From a virus (lineage: Duplodnaviria > Caudoviricetes), in IMG/VR virus record IMGVR_UViG_3300037458_001170, positions 1-24,507 of that record: a DNA stretch of 24,507 bases; one strand, 5' to 3'. Each line of letters starts with the position of its first letter. Positions within the stretch are counted from its first letter, which is position 1. Positions 6,569 to 13,979 of this stretch are shown in pieces. The notes beneath the pieces were generated by a model. It saw only the letters and a program-made list of their open reading frames with translations, searched no databases and had not been told where the DNA came from. The position numbers were made by a program, and so were the translations under genes.

Positions 6569-6709
6569 ATGCATTCGCGAGACGACGACATCGCCAGCCC
6601 CTGGCTGGTCGGCGCCACCGTGCTGGTTCTCAGCACGCTCGGCGCGATCGGCACCTTCGCCATGATCTGGGCCGTCTGGATCATCGCCGTGGCCCTGGGG
6701 GTGGCGTGA
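6569..6709 (+). CDS. Small hydrophobic protein (46 aa)
   Basis: MHSRDDDIASPWLVGATVLVLSTLGAIGTFAMIWAVWIIAVALGVA; GGGAGG RBS; TGATG overlap with next gene; not in the ORF track. Confidence 0.65.
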   Translation: MHSRDDDIASPWLVGATVLVLSTLGAIGTFAMIWAVWIIAVALGVA

Positions 6710-6999
6710 TGCGAGAGGCTGCTGACAGCGTGCCGCTGCCCCGCTCGCTTCGCGAGCGTCCAGCGTCCGACGCTGCCGCGCTTGAAGCGCAACGCGCCCG
6801 TGAAGCGGCGCGCCTGTCCGTGGCCGCTGAAGCGTGGGTGAAGGCCTATCAGCCGGGGCCCGCCGCGACGCCTTCCGTCACGCGTGCGACGAAAGCGGCG
6901 GTGATCGCGTGGCTGCGCACGTTCCACCCGCACGATCTGCTGGCGCCGCACGGATGCGCCGACATGCTCGAGCGCGAACAGGGCGAGGGCGGCTCGTGA
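6709..6999 (+). CDS. Hypothetical protein (96 aa)
   Basis: Coupled at both ends (TGATG, GTGA). Confidence 0.6.
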   Translation: MREAADSVPLPRSLRERPASDAAALEAQRAREAARLSVAAEAWVKAYQPGPAATPSVTRATKAAVIAWLRTFHPHDLLAPHGCADMLEREQGEGGS

Positions 7000-7253
7000 G
7001 CACCCATCCCTTCCCCGGCGGGGACGAGCGCGGGGCGCCGCTGCCCGTCATCAACCATGGCCAGATTGCCGCCGCGATCGTGGCGACGCAGGCCGAGATC
7101 GAGCGGCTCGAAACCGTCGAGTGCACGGCCTGCCAGGCGCGCGCCGCCACCTTGGCGCGCCGGCGCGAGGAGCTCGCCGACCTCGCGCGCCAGGCTGACG
7201 AGCTCGCCGCGCGCCGCGCCCGCGCCGCTGCGCTGTTCGCGGGTGCGCCATGA
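6996..7253 (+). CDS. Hypothetical coiled-coil protein (85 aa)
   Basis: GTG start overlapping the upstream stop; ...ECTACQARAATLARRREELADLARQADEL...; ATGA overlap with next gene. Confidence 0.55.
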   Translation: MSTHPFPGGDERGAPLPVINHGQIAAAIVATQAEIERLETVECTACQARAATLARRREELADLARQADELAARRARAAALFAGAP

Positions 7254-7882
7254 CAGCGCGACCGATCATCTTCAGCGCGCCGATGGTCCGCGCGATCCTC
7301 GACGGCCGGAAGACGCAGACGCGGCGGATCGTCCGACTGCCGAAGTGGGCAACCGAGATCGACGAGATCGGCGATGACGGCTACACGATGTGGTGCGTCG
7401 CCCGCGACAGCGGGTGCCTTTCGCCCGCACTCCCGCAATACCTCCCGACCGACACGCTCTGGGTGCGCGAGGCGTTCGTCGGCGCGCGAGGGTATGACGA
7501 TTATCCACCGCGCGACTTTGGCAACAAGCCGATCTGGTACTGCGCCGACGGCGAGCCGGATCGCGAAAAGTGGTGGCACCTTTCAGACCGCAAGCGCCCC
7601 TCCATCCACATGCCGAGGTGGGCCAGCCGCATCACCCTCCGCGTGACCGGCGTGCGCGTCGAGCGGTTGCAGGCCATCAGCGAGCAGGATGCCATCGCCG
7701 AGGGCGTGCTGGTCGGGCAACTGCCCGGGTGTTTCCACTCAGGCATCGGCCGGCTCGATGTCGAGTGGCGCAGCACCGCGACGCACGCATTCGAGCATCT
7801 ATGGGAAAGCATCAACGGCCCCGGCGCATGGGACGCGAACCCCTGGGTGGTCGCGATCAGCTTCGAGCGCCCCCATGCCTGA
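7250..7882 (+). CDS. Widespread phage protein of the ASCH/PUA-like family
   Basis: RPIIFSAPMVRAILDGRKTQTRR, LWVRE, PSIHMPRWASRITL.V..VRVERLQ.IS..DAIAEG, WDANPWV motifs. Confidence 0.85.
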   Translation: MTARPIIFSAPMVRAILDGRKTQTRRIVRLPKWATEIDEIGDDGYTMWCVARDSGCLSPALPQYLPTDTLWVREAFVGARGYDDYPPRDFGNKPIWYCADGEPDREKWWHLSDRKRPSIHMPRWASRITLRVTGVRVERLQAISEQDAIAEGVLVGQLPGCFHSGIGRLDVEWRSTATHAFEHLWESINGPGAWDANPWVVAISFERPHA

Positions 7883-8255
7883 GCGGCCCCTCACGCTTGC
7901 CCAGGCCTGCGCCGAGCTTCAGGTGAGCGAGCGGTGGCTTCGCCAGCACCTGCGGGATCATCCCGCATACGCGGGCGGGCCTACCCACCGCCGGGCAGGC
8001 CGGCGCATCATCTTCACCGAGGGTGACTTCACCCGGCTGTTGGAGAGCTTCACATGCCCCTTTACCTCTGGCGCCGCAAAGGGCCTGACGGTCGCGCCGC
8101 CGGCGCCTACTACATCCGCGGCACGGCCTATCGGGGCGGCCCAGGCATCAACGAAAGCACGGGCCTTGCTGACCGTGCGCTCGCCCGCCTCCGCCTCAAG
8201 GAACGCGAGCGTGAGCTCGTCCAGCGTGGTTCCCTTCCGGCGGCACAGTGGGTGA
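7875..8255 (+). CDS. Excisionase-like HTH protein; C-terminal part overlaps the integrase
   Basis: LTLAQACAELQVSERWLR...RRAGRRIIFTEGD, a Xis/MerR-type winged HTH; directly upstream of int. Confidence 0.7.
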   Translation: MPERPLTLAQACAELQVSERWLRQHLRDHPAYAGGPTHRRAGRRIIFTEGDFTRLLESFTCPFTSGAAKGLTVAPPAPTTSAARPIGAAQASTKARALLTVRSPASASRNASVSSSSVVPFRRHSG

Positions 8256-9127
8256 CGTTTCAGGAAGCGCTCGCCGCCTTCCTCGAGATGAACCCGCCCG
8301 AGAAGCCGGGCGAGCGGCGGCGGCTGGCCCGGCTGCTCGATGCGTTCGAGAACACGCTCGTGAGCGCGATCGGCCAGGCGAGCATCGATGATGCCTGCCG
8401 CCGGCTGCTCCGCCCGGGCGCGGCGCCGGCCACCAGGCTGCGCGAGGTCATCACCCCGATGACGAGCGTTCTCCGTTTCGCATCCCGCCGCGGCTGGTGC
8501 CCCGCGCCGGATTTCGAGCGGCCGCGGCAGGGGCCGGGCCGCACGCGATGGCTCACCCCGGCCGAGTTCGCGGCGCTGCACCAGGCCGCCGCGCCGCATC
8601 TTCAGCCGCTGCTCACGTTCCTCGCCTGCACCGGCGCCCGGCTGTCCGAGGCGCTCGAGCTCGAATGGTCGGCCGTCGATCTTGGCCGGGCGCGCGCGGT
8701 GTTCCACGTCACCAAGGGAGGCAGGCCGCGGCTGGCCGAGATGCCGCCCGCCGCCGTGGCCGCGCTTGCCGCCCTGCCGCATCGCGAGGGCCGGGTTTTC
8801 CTGCACCCGCACAAGTGGCGCGAGGGCGTCATGGAGCCCTACAGGGACACGGGGCGGGATGGTGGCGGGCAGATACGGACGGGCTTCATGGCCGCGGTGC
8901 GCCGCGCCGGCATTGCCCGCTGCACGCCGCACGATCTGCGCCACACCTGGGCGAGCTGGCATTACCACCTGCACCGCGACCCCATGAAGCTTCAGGCCGA
9001 TGGCGGATGGCAGAGCTTGGCGATGGTGAGCCGCTACGCGCACCTCGCTATGGGGGACTTCACTGACGGCATCCGCCAGGCATGGGGCCTGCCGGAGCGC
9101 GAGGAACAGAGGAGGGGGGTGGCGTGA
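8054..9127 (+). CDS. int: Tyrosine recombinase / phage integrase (357 aa)
   Basis: TGARLSEAL (R), TKGG (K), HDLRHTWASW (HxxR), GGW...MVSRYAH (W, catalytic Y); GGAGAG RBS; next to the tRNA-derived att core. Confidence 0.95.
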   Translation: MPLYLWRRKGPDGRAAGAYYIRGTAYRGGPGINESTGLADRALARLRLKERERELVQRGSLPAAQWVTFQEALAAFLEMNPPEKPGERRRLARLLDAFENTLVSAIGQASIDDACRRLLRPGAAPATRLREVITPMTSVLRFASRRGWCPAPDFERPRQGPGRTRWLTPAEFAALHQAAAPHLQPLLTFLACTGARLSEALELEWSAVDLGRARAVFHVTKGGRPRLAEMPPAAVAALAALPHREGRVFLHPHKWREGVMEPYRDTGRDGGGQIRTGFMAAVRRAGIARCTPHDLRHTWASWHYHLHRDPMKLQADGGWQSLAMVSRYAHLAMGDFTDGIRQAWGLPEREEQRRGVA

Positions 9128-9336
9128 TGAACACGCATTGTTCGCACGGCGTCAGCTTCCGCGATGCCTGCCCGGATTGCGATCGCGTGTGGCACGACGC
9201 AATGGTTCGCATCCTGCATCGAGACGCCGCTCGCCTTGGGTTCCGCGTTGTTCCCTTGGCTGATGACGAGCGAGTGGCGAAGCGCGGTGCAGCAGCGGTG
9301 GAGCCCGGCGGCGAAGCGCCGAAAACCCAGGACTAA
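9127..9336 (+). CDS. Small hypothetical protein (69 aa) with a CxH...CxxC motif
   Basis: MNTHCSHGVSFRDACPDCDRVW...; GAGGAGG/GGGGG purine run upstream; TGATG coupling to int. Confidence 0.5.
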   Translation: MNTHCSHGVSFRDACPDCDRVWHDAMVRILHRDAARLGFRVVPLADDERVAKRGAAAVEPGGEAPKTQD

Positions 9337-9519
9337 GGCCGGCTTCCTGCCGCTGCCGTCGCCCTTGGTAAGGGAGAGGTCCGGAGTTCAATCCTCCGCG
9401 GCAGCACCATCAACCCCTTGATTTCATTGCAGCCGCTTCGTGAGGTCAGATCCTCACGCGGCACACGGCGGCACCCCGGGGCCGGAACGCGGCACGAACA
9501 GCGGTGGAATGGCGGTGGA
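9284..9519. mobile_element. attP region with putative arm-type sites (GCGGTG[C/G]A pairs at 9284/9295 and 9501/9512) and an IHF-consensus site (9411-9423)
   Basis: Octamer direct repeats with 11-bp period on each side of the core; minus-strand AATCAAGGGGTTG matches WATCAANNNNTTR; GCGGCAC three times at 9458, 9468, 9489. Confidence 0.6.
9362..9409 (+). other. attP core: 3' half of tRNA-Thr(GGT)
   Basis: CCCTTGGTAAGGG anticodon arm, AGAGGTC variable region, CGGAG-TTCAATC-CTCCG T arm, CGGCAGC-A-CCA acceptor 3' strand; no D arm or 5' half upstream. Confidence 0.9.
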
Positions 9520-9537
9520 GCGCGTTCCGCTGATGTT

Positions 9538-9906
9538 CTAGGGCGCGTCGGGGTCGGGCGCGAGGATCACGCCCACCGTGGCGCCGGCGGCGGTCAGGAT
9601 TGCGATGGCGTCGGGATCGTTCGACCACACCCACCACCGGCTTTCCCAGCGCCGCCGCACCTGCGGCCCGGCGGCGGCCAGCACGGCTTCGGCCGCATTG
9701 TCGAGGCCGGCGGCGATGAGCCTGTCCACGATCGTGCCCCGCAACACGCGATGCGGCGGCGGTTCGGGCTCGGTCCAGCCGGCCCCGTTCCACGCTGCCC
9801 GTGCATCCGCCGGCGGGCTGGGCACCTCGACCGCGCCAGGCGGCACCGTGGTGCCCGCGCCGAACGCGCCGAGATAGGCCACGCCAAGGCGATAGTGGCG
9901 GATCAC
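9538..9906 (-). CDS. Putative tail fibre assembly/chaperone protein (122 aa)
   Basis: GTG start overlapping the fibre stop (GTGA); YLGAF...PPGAVEVPSPPADARAAWNGAGW motif; position after the fibre gene. Confidence 0.6.
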   Translation of the reverse strand: MIRHYRLGVAYLGAFGAGTTVPPGAVEVPSPPADARAAWNGAGWTEPEPPPHRVLRGTIVDRLIAAGLDNAAEAVLAAAGPQVRRRWESRWWVWSNDPDAIAILTAAGATVGVILAPDPDAP

Positions 9907-11504
9907 GCGAACCTCACGGCGGTGATCCTGAATGCCCACCGGGCAGGGGTGAGGATCGTATCGGCCCCGGTGGCAGCGTCGAGGATTTGCAGGAACCCAC
10001 CGGCGTTGCCCCAGCGGCCAATGATTTCGGTGGTTGACTTGCGAACCGCCACCCCGACGCCGCCGGCTTGATTGTCGGCATCGGAGAACGCGTTGTATTC
10101 CACGACTTGGCCCGGGGTGTAGCCGGCATCTGCGGTGATGCATTCGATCTCGCCGAACAGGGCCGAGGGGACGCCGCCGAGGCCATGCGTGAAGGTGAAG
10201 GGGCCACCCAGAACCGGCGTGATGTTGGGCGACTGCCAGCGCAGCACCTGCGCCGCCGCCGTGCCGTTGATGAAGTAGCCCGTGGCGTTGATCGTGCCGG
10301 TGCCCTGGAAGCCCCCCGTCGCGCCGCCAAGCACGAGCCCGTTGCGGATCGCCAGCGCCTGGGTGAGCGCGCCGGCCAGCCGCACGAGGGCCACGAGCTC
10401 GCCTTCCGCCACCGCCGCCGCCGGGTTGCGCAGAAGCCCCCGCAGAACCGCGAAGCTGCGGAACGTGCTGGCGTCATCCCGCCCGGCAATGGTGATGTCC
10501 ATGAGCTCGTCATTCGCCGCCGGTGTGGGCGACTGGCGATGCAGCAGCAGGCCAGCCGCGGCGGCCCCGTCATCGGTCGAGCGGAGCTCGAGCAGCGTGC
10601 CCGCCGCCGTGGCGGCGATCGTCTGGTTGGCCGTGAAGGTCTGCGCCGTGTCGCGCCGCGCGAAGGCCGTGAGGTCTGGCGCCGAGGTCGGCACATTCAG
10701 AAGCCGGAACCGCCCGCCGCCGCCGGTTTCGTAGACGACGCTGATCACCGCCCCGGCGGCCGGAATGTCGCCCGCCGCCAGCGCAACCGTGCCGTTGCCC
10801 TTGGTGATGGGTCGCGCGCCCAGCGCGTTGACGGCAAGCGTCGCCGCGCCGGTGTTGGCGCCTTGCGCAAGGAAGATGAACCGCTGCCCGTTGGCATAGG
10901 CGGCCGGCGCGCCGGCAACGGTGATGGCCTGCGCGTTGGCGGTGCCCGTGGCCGTGCCGCCCCACCAGTAGGCCTCGGCCACGCCAGGCCCTGCCGGCTG
11001 GCTCGCGGTCATGCTGATGGCGCCAGCACCGTCGAAGGTGAGGAACTTGCCCGCGCGCACCGACGCTTCCGGGAGCAGGCCGGAGAATGCCTCCGTGACC
11101 GGCACGGTGATGCTGCGCCCCTGGTCGCGCGCGGCCTGCTGCAGCAGCGCGAACAACCGGTCGAGCTCGGTGTTCAAGGCGGCGATATTGAGGACCGGGC
11201 CCGAGGGAAAGTCGGTCACCCGTTCGGCCTTGGTGCGCCGCTCGATCAGCACCACGGCGCTGCTGACGGCCGCGCCCAGCGTGATCGTGCCGCTCTGGAA
11301 CCCGCCTTCGGCTGCCAGGCCGGAGACGGAGAATTGCAGCGATCCCACCGGCGTGCTGCTCAACGCAGCGGCGGCGCCGTTGACCCACACGGCCAAGTCA
11401 GCCGCGGCGAAGAACGGGAACGGCACGGCAAATCCCGTCTGCGGCGTGCCGCCCACGGCATACTCGATGCGCGGGGTGATATCGGGGATGATGACATGCG
11501 CCAT
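9903..11504 (-). CDS. Tail fibre protein with T7 gp17-type N-terminal anchor
   Basis: TPRIEY...FAVPFPFFAAADLAV...IERRT...RVTDF..G...AALNTELDRL...LQQ; Gly/Ala/Thr-rich shaft. Confidence 0.85.
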   Translation of the reverse strand: MAHVIIPDITPRIEYAVGGTPQTGFAVPFPFFAAADLAVWVNGAAAALSSTPVGSLQFSVSGLAAEGGFQSGTITLGAAVSSAVVLIERRTKAERVTDFPSGPVLNIAALNTELDRLFALLQQAARDQGRSITVPVTEAFSGLLPEASVRAGKFLTFDGAGAISMTASQPAGPGVAEAYWWGGTATGTANAQAITVAGAPAAYANGQRFIFLAQGANTGAATLAVNALGARPITKGNGTVALAAGDIPAAGAVISVVYETGGGGRFRLLNVPTSAPDLTAFARRDTAQTFTANQTIAATAAGTLLELRSTDDGAAAAGLLLHRQSPTPAANDELMDITIAGRDDASTFRSFAVLRGLLRNPAAAVAEGELVALVRLAGALTQALAIRNGLVLGGATGGFQGTGTINATGYFINGTAAAQVLRWQSPNITPVLGGPFTFTHGLGGVPSALFGEIECITADAGYTPGQVVEYNAFSDADNQAGGVGVAVRKSTTEIIGRWGNAGGFLQILDAATGADTILTPARWAFRITAVRFA

Positions 11505-11516
11505 GGCGCCGCTCCT

Positions 11517-13979
11517 CTACTGCTCGGGGCCGAGCGCGGCGGCGGCGGCCGGCGCGCGGGAAGGGGATGCCTCGCCAGGCCGCCACCAAAACTCCTGGCC
11601 GTAATCGCGGCGGGCGTTGTTCTCGATGCGGCGGAACTTGCGGGCATAGTCTGGGTCGAGCATCTCTTGCAGCCGATCCCACATCAGCCGGTCGAGCGCG
11701 AGCCGGGCATACCAGAGAGAGGTGCCCGGCGTGTTCATTCGCGCGAAACGGGCGAGCTCGCCGCCGAAGTTGGTGTCTTTGCTCTCGGCCAGCCCCTGGA
11801 TGTTGCCGCCGGTGACGCGCGCCAGGTCGTCGACCAAGCCCGCCATCGGCCCGCCGATCGCCGTCATGTAGAACCCGCGATCGGCCCGCGTGAGGCCCGA
11901 ATAGAGGAAGTCGCCGAAGATGCCCGCGCCGCCGCCCTGGGCGAACGCGGCGCCCCAGAACGCGGGCTGCGTCATGTCGCGCGGGTCGCGTCCGTTGGCG
12001 AGCTGCTTCAGTTGCATCGCCAGCGCGCCCATGACCGTCAGGCTCACGGCCAGGCCCACGAGATACTTGCCCTTGTCGCCGCCCCGGTAGCCTTCGATCC
12101 CGCGCATGAGATGCGTCGTCATCATCGTGACCGGGAAGGTCTTGAGCTGCGCGGTCGATCGCCAGAACTCGCCTACCAGCGTGCCGGCCTGCGTCTTGCC
12201 CATGATGAGTGCCCGCTCGCGCGCCCCGGGCTTGGGGATGGCGAAGTCGCTCTCGATGTTCACCCACTGCATCAGCCGTGCCGCGGCGTCAGCCTCGCGT
12301 CGGCCGAGCTTGGCGATGCTCTCGGGGTGGATCACGCGGCCGATGCCGCCGCCCGGGTCGAAGGCCGGCGCGGCGCGGATGATGTTCCAATCGTCGGCGC
12401 TGATGCCGTTGCGCGCCATGCCGCGGCGGAATTCGGGGCGGAGCTGGTCGAACGTCTTGCCGGCATCGTCGGCCAGGCCGCCGAGAAGCTCCACCTGAAA
12501 CGCCCAGGTGCCGGCATCCGTGTGCACGTTGAGGCCCGAGGCCCGCAGCACTGTGTCGGCGGTGCGGCTGCCCAGGCCGGCGCCCACGATGTCGGCCTGA
12601 TGCCGCTGCGAGGCCGCCGCCACGCGCGCCCAACCCTCGGCGATCAGCCCGGTGCGAACCGCCGCCGCGCGCGCCTCGCCGCTGGTCAACATCTGCATGT
12701 AGCGGCGCATGACATCGCTGGCGGGAATGCCGTTCCACGCTGCTGTCATGCGCAGCGTGCCGAAGTCGGTCACGGCCGAAAGCGTGGCCGAGCCGAGCTT
12801 CGCCGCCGTGATGAAGGCGCGCGTCTCGCGCATGAACCCGGCCGCTGCGCGGTTGACCGCGCCGGTGCTGGCCCCGCTCACCGTGTCCCACAGCGCCTCG
12901 AGGCGATAGGCCTTGCTGTCGCCGATGCCGGCCTTCCGCGCGGTGTCGATCACCACCTGCGCTTGATGATGCGCCGAAGGGCCGAGCACCTCGAGCATGC
13001 CGATGTCGCGGGCGATGCCGTCGAGGTGCTGGGTGAGCAGCCCATAAATGCCGATGCCGTCGCCCGCGCCGAAGCGCTCGTTCGCCTCGAGCCAGGCCTC
13101 GGCCGAGGTCCACTCGAACGCGCGGCGCTCCTCCCGGCTGTTGGCCAGCCGCCCGGCCTGCACGCGGCCGGGGATCAGATCCGATAGACCATCGGTGGTA
13201 ATGCGGTCATAGGCGTTGCTGATGATCTCGGCCGTGCGCAGCGGGTCCAGCGCCTCGCCGGTTTTCCAGTCCACCACGCGCAGCTTGCCCGCGGCCACGA
13301 GGTCATGCAGCGCATCGGAGAACTGCGCGCGGGTGAGCGTGCTCACGCGGTCCTTGTCCCAGACCTGGGGCAGCCGCCAGTCATCGCGCTTCCATGTCCG
13401 CCCCCCGCCATCGACCCAGCGCTTGCGCGCATACTCGGCCGCATCGGTGAACCCGCGCGCCGCGGCTGCCGCCACCCCGTCGCCGGACGGCTCGCCGTAG
13501 AGCTCGCGCACCATGTTGCGCAGCCCCATCGTGTCGCGGGTGAGGCCGAGGGTCTTGCTGCGGTAGGCGTCGAGGAAATCCACCACCTTGCCATGCAGGA
13601 TCGCCAGCACCGCGCGGTGCCGGCCCTCGACGGAGGAGCCCGCCGCGGCGGCATCCGTCACGGCGTCGGCGTTCATGTCGCGGGCGAAGATCGCCGCTGC
13701 ACCGGCATAGGCACCACGCGGATGGTTCTCGATGCGGTCCATGAGCTCGGCGTGGCGCAACACCTGAAGCGCGTTCTGCCGCTTGCGCAGCCGCGCCTCC
13801 TCCTTCATCTCGGCCGCGACACGCGCCAGCGCCTCGGCCTCGTCCTTCGGCACCTTCGCGCCGTTCTCCGCCTCGAGGTCGCGCACCCGGCGGAGGATGT
13901 CCTCCGCCTGCTCACGCTTCAGCGTGCCGCCTTCCACGCGATCATTCAGGCACTTCTCAAGCCGCCGATCGGCGCTCAT
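11517..13979 (-). CDS. Large internal virion / DNA-ejection protein (820 aa)
   Basis: GEFWRSTAQLKTFP...HLMRG, hydrophobic segment, GRDPRDM...FWGAAFAQGGGAGIFGD, NTPGTSLWY, typical of the last ejection protein of BPP-1/epsilon15-like podoviruses; directly before the fibre gene. Confidence 0.75.
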   Translation of the reverse strand: MSADRRLEKCLNDRVEGGTLKREQAEDILRRVRDLEAENGAKVPKDEAEALARVAAEMKEEARLRKRQNALQVLRHAELMDRIENHPRGAYAGAAAIFARDMNADAVTDAAAAGSSVEGRHRAVLAILHGKVVDFLDAYRSKTLGLTRDTMGLRNMVRELYGEPSGDGVAAAAARGFTDAAEYARKRWVDGGGRTWKRDDWRLPQVWDKDRVSTLTRAQFSDALHDLVAAGKLRVVDWKTGEALDPLRTAEIISNAYDRITTDGLSDLIPGRVQAGRLANSREERRAFEWTSAEAWLEANERFGAGDGIGIYGLLTQHLDGIARDIGMLEVLGPSAHHQAQVVIDTARKAGIGDSKAYRLEALWDTVSGASTGAVNRAAAGFMRETRAFITAAKLGSATLSAVTDFGTLRMTAAWNGIPASDVMRRYMQMLTSGEARAAAVRTGLIAEGWARVAAASQRHQADIVGAGLGSRTADTVLRASGLNVHTDAGTWAFQVELLGGLADDAGKTFDQLRPEFRRGMARNGISADDWNIIRAAPAFDPGGGIGRVIHPESIAKLGRREADAAARLMQWVNIESDFAIPKPGARERALIMGKTQAGTLVGEFWRSTAQLKTFPVTMMTTHLMRGIEGYRGGDKGKYLVGLAVSLTVMGALAMQLKQLANGRDPRDMTQPAFWGAAFAQGGGAGIFGDFLYSGLTRADRGFYMTAIGGPMAGLVDDLARVTGGNIQGLAESKDTNFGGELARFARMNTPGTSLWYARLALDRLMWDRLQEMLDPDYARKFRRIENNARRDYGQEFWWRPGEASPSRAPAAAAALGPEQ

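Noticed and set aside
8050-8066. Programmed -1 frameshift fusing xis to int at CCCCTTT
   Set aside because: The heptamer is not in X_XXY_YYZ phase for the xis frame, and int has its own RBS and ATG
9337-9409. Complete tRNA-Thr gene
   Set aside because: Only the anticodon arm through CCA is present; the upstream sequence contains GCTGCCG but lacks a D arm and the correct spacing, so it is treated as an att core
9410-11504. Diversity-generating retroelement as in BPP-1
   Set aside because: No reverse transcriptase and no template/variable repeat pair seen near the fibre gene in this window
10068-13187. 1039-aa + strand ORF, plus other long + strand ORFs such as 14063-16351, 17398-18480 and 20119-21576
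   Set aside because: Antisense shadows of well-supported - strand virion genes in very GC-rich DNA; R/G/A-rich with no motifs
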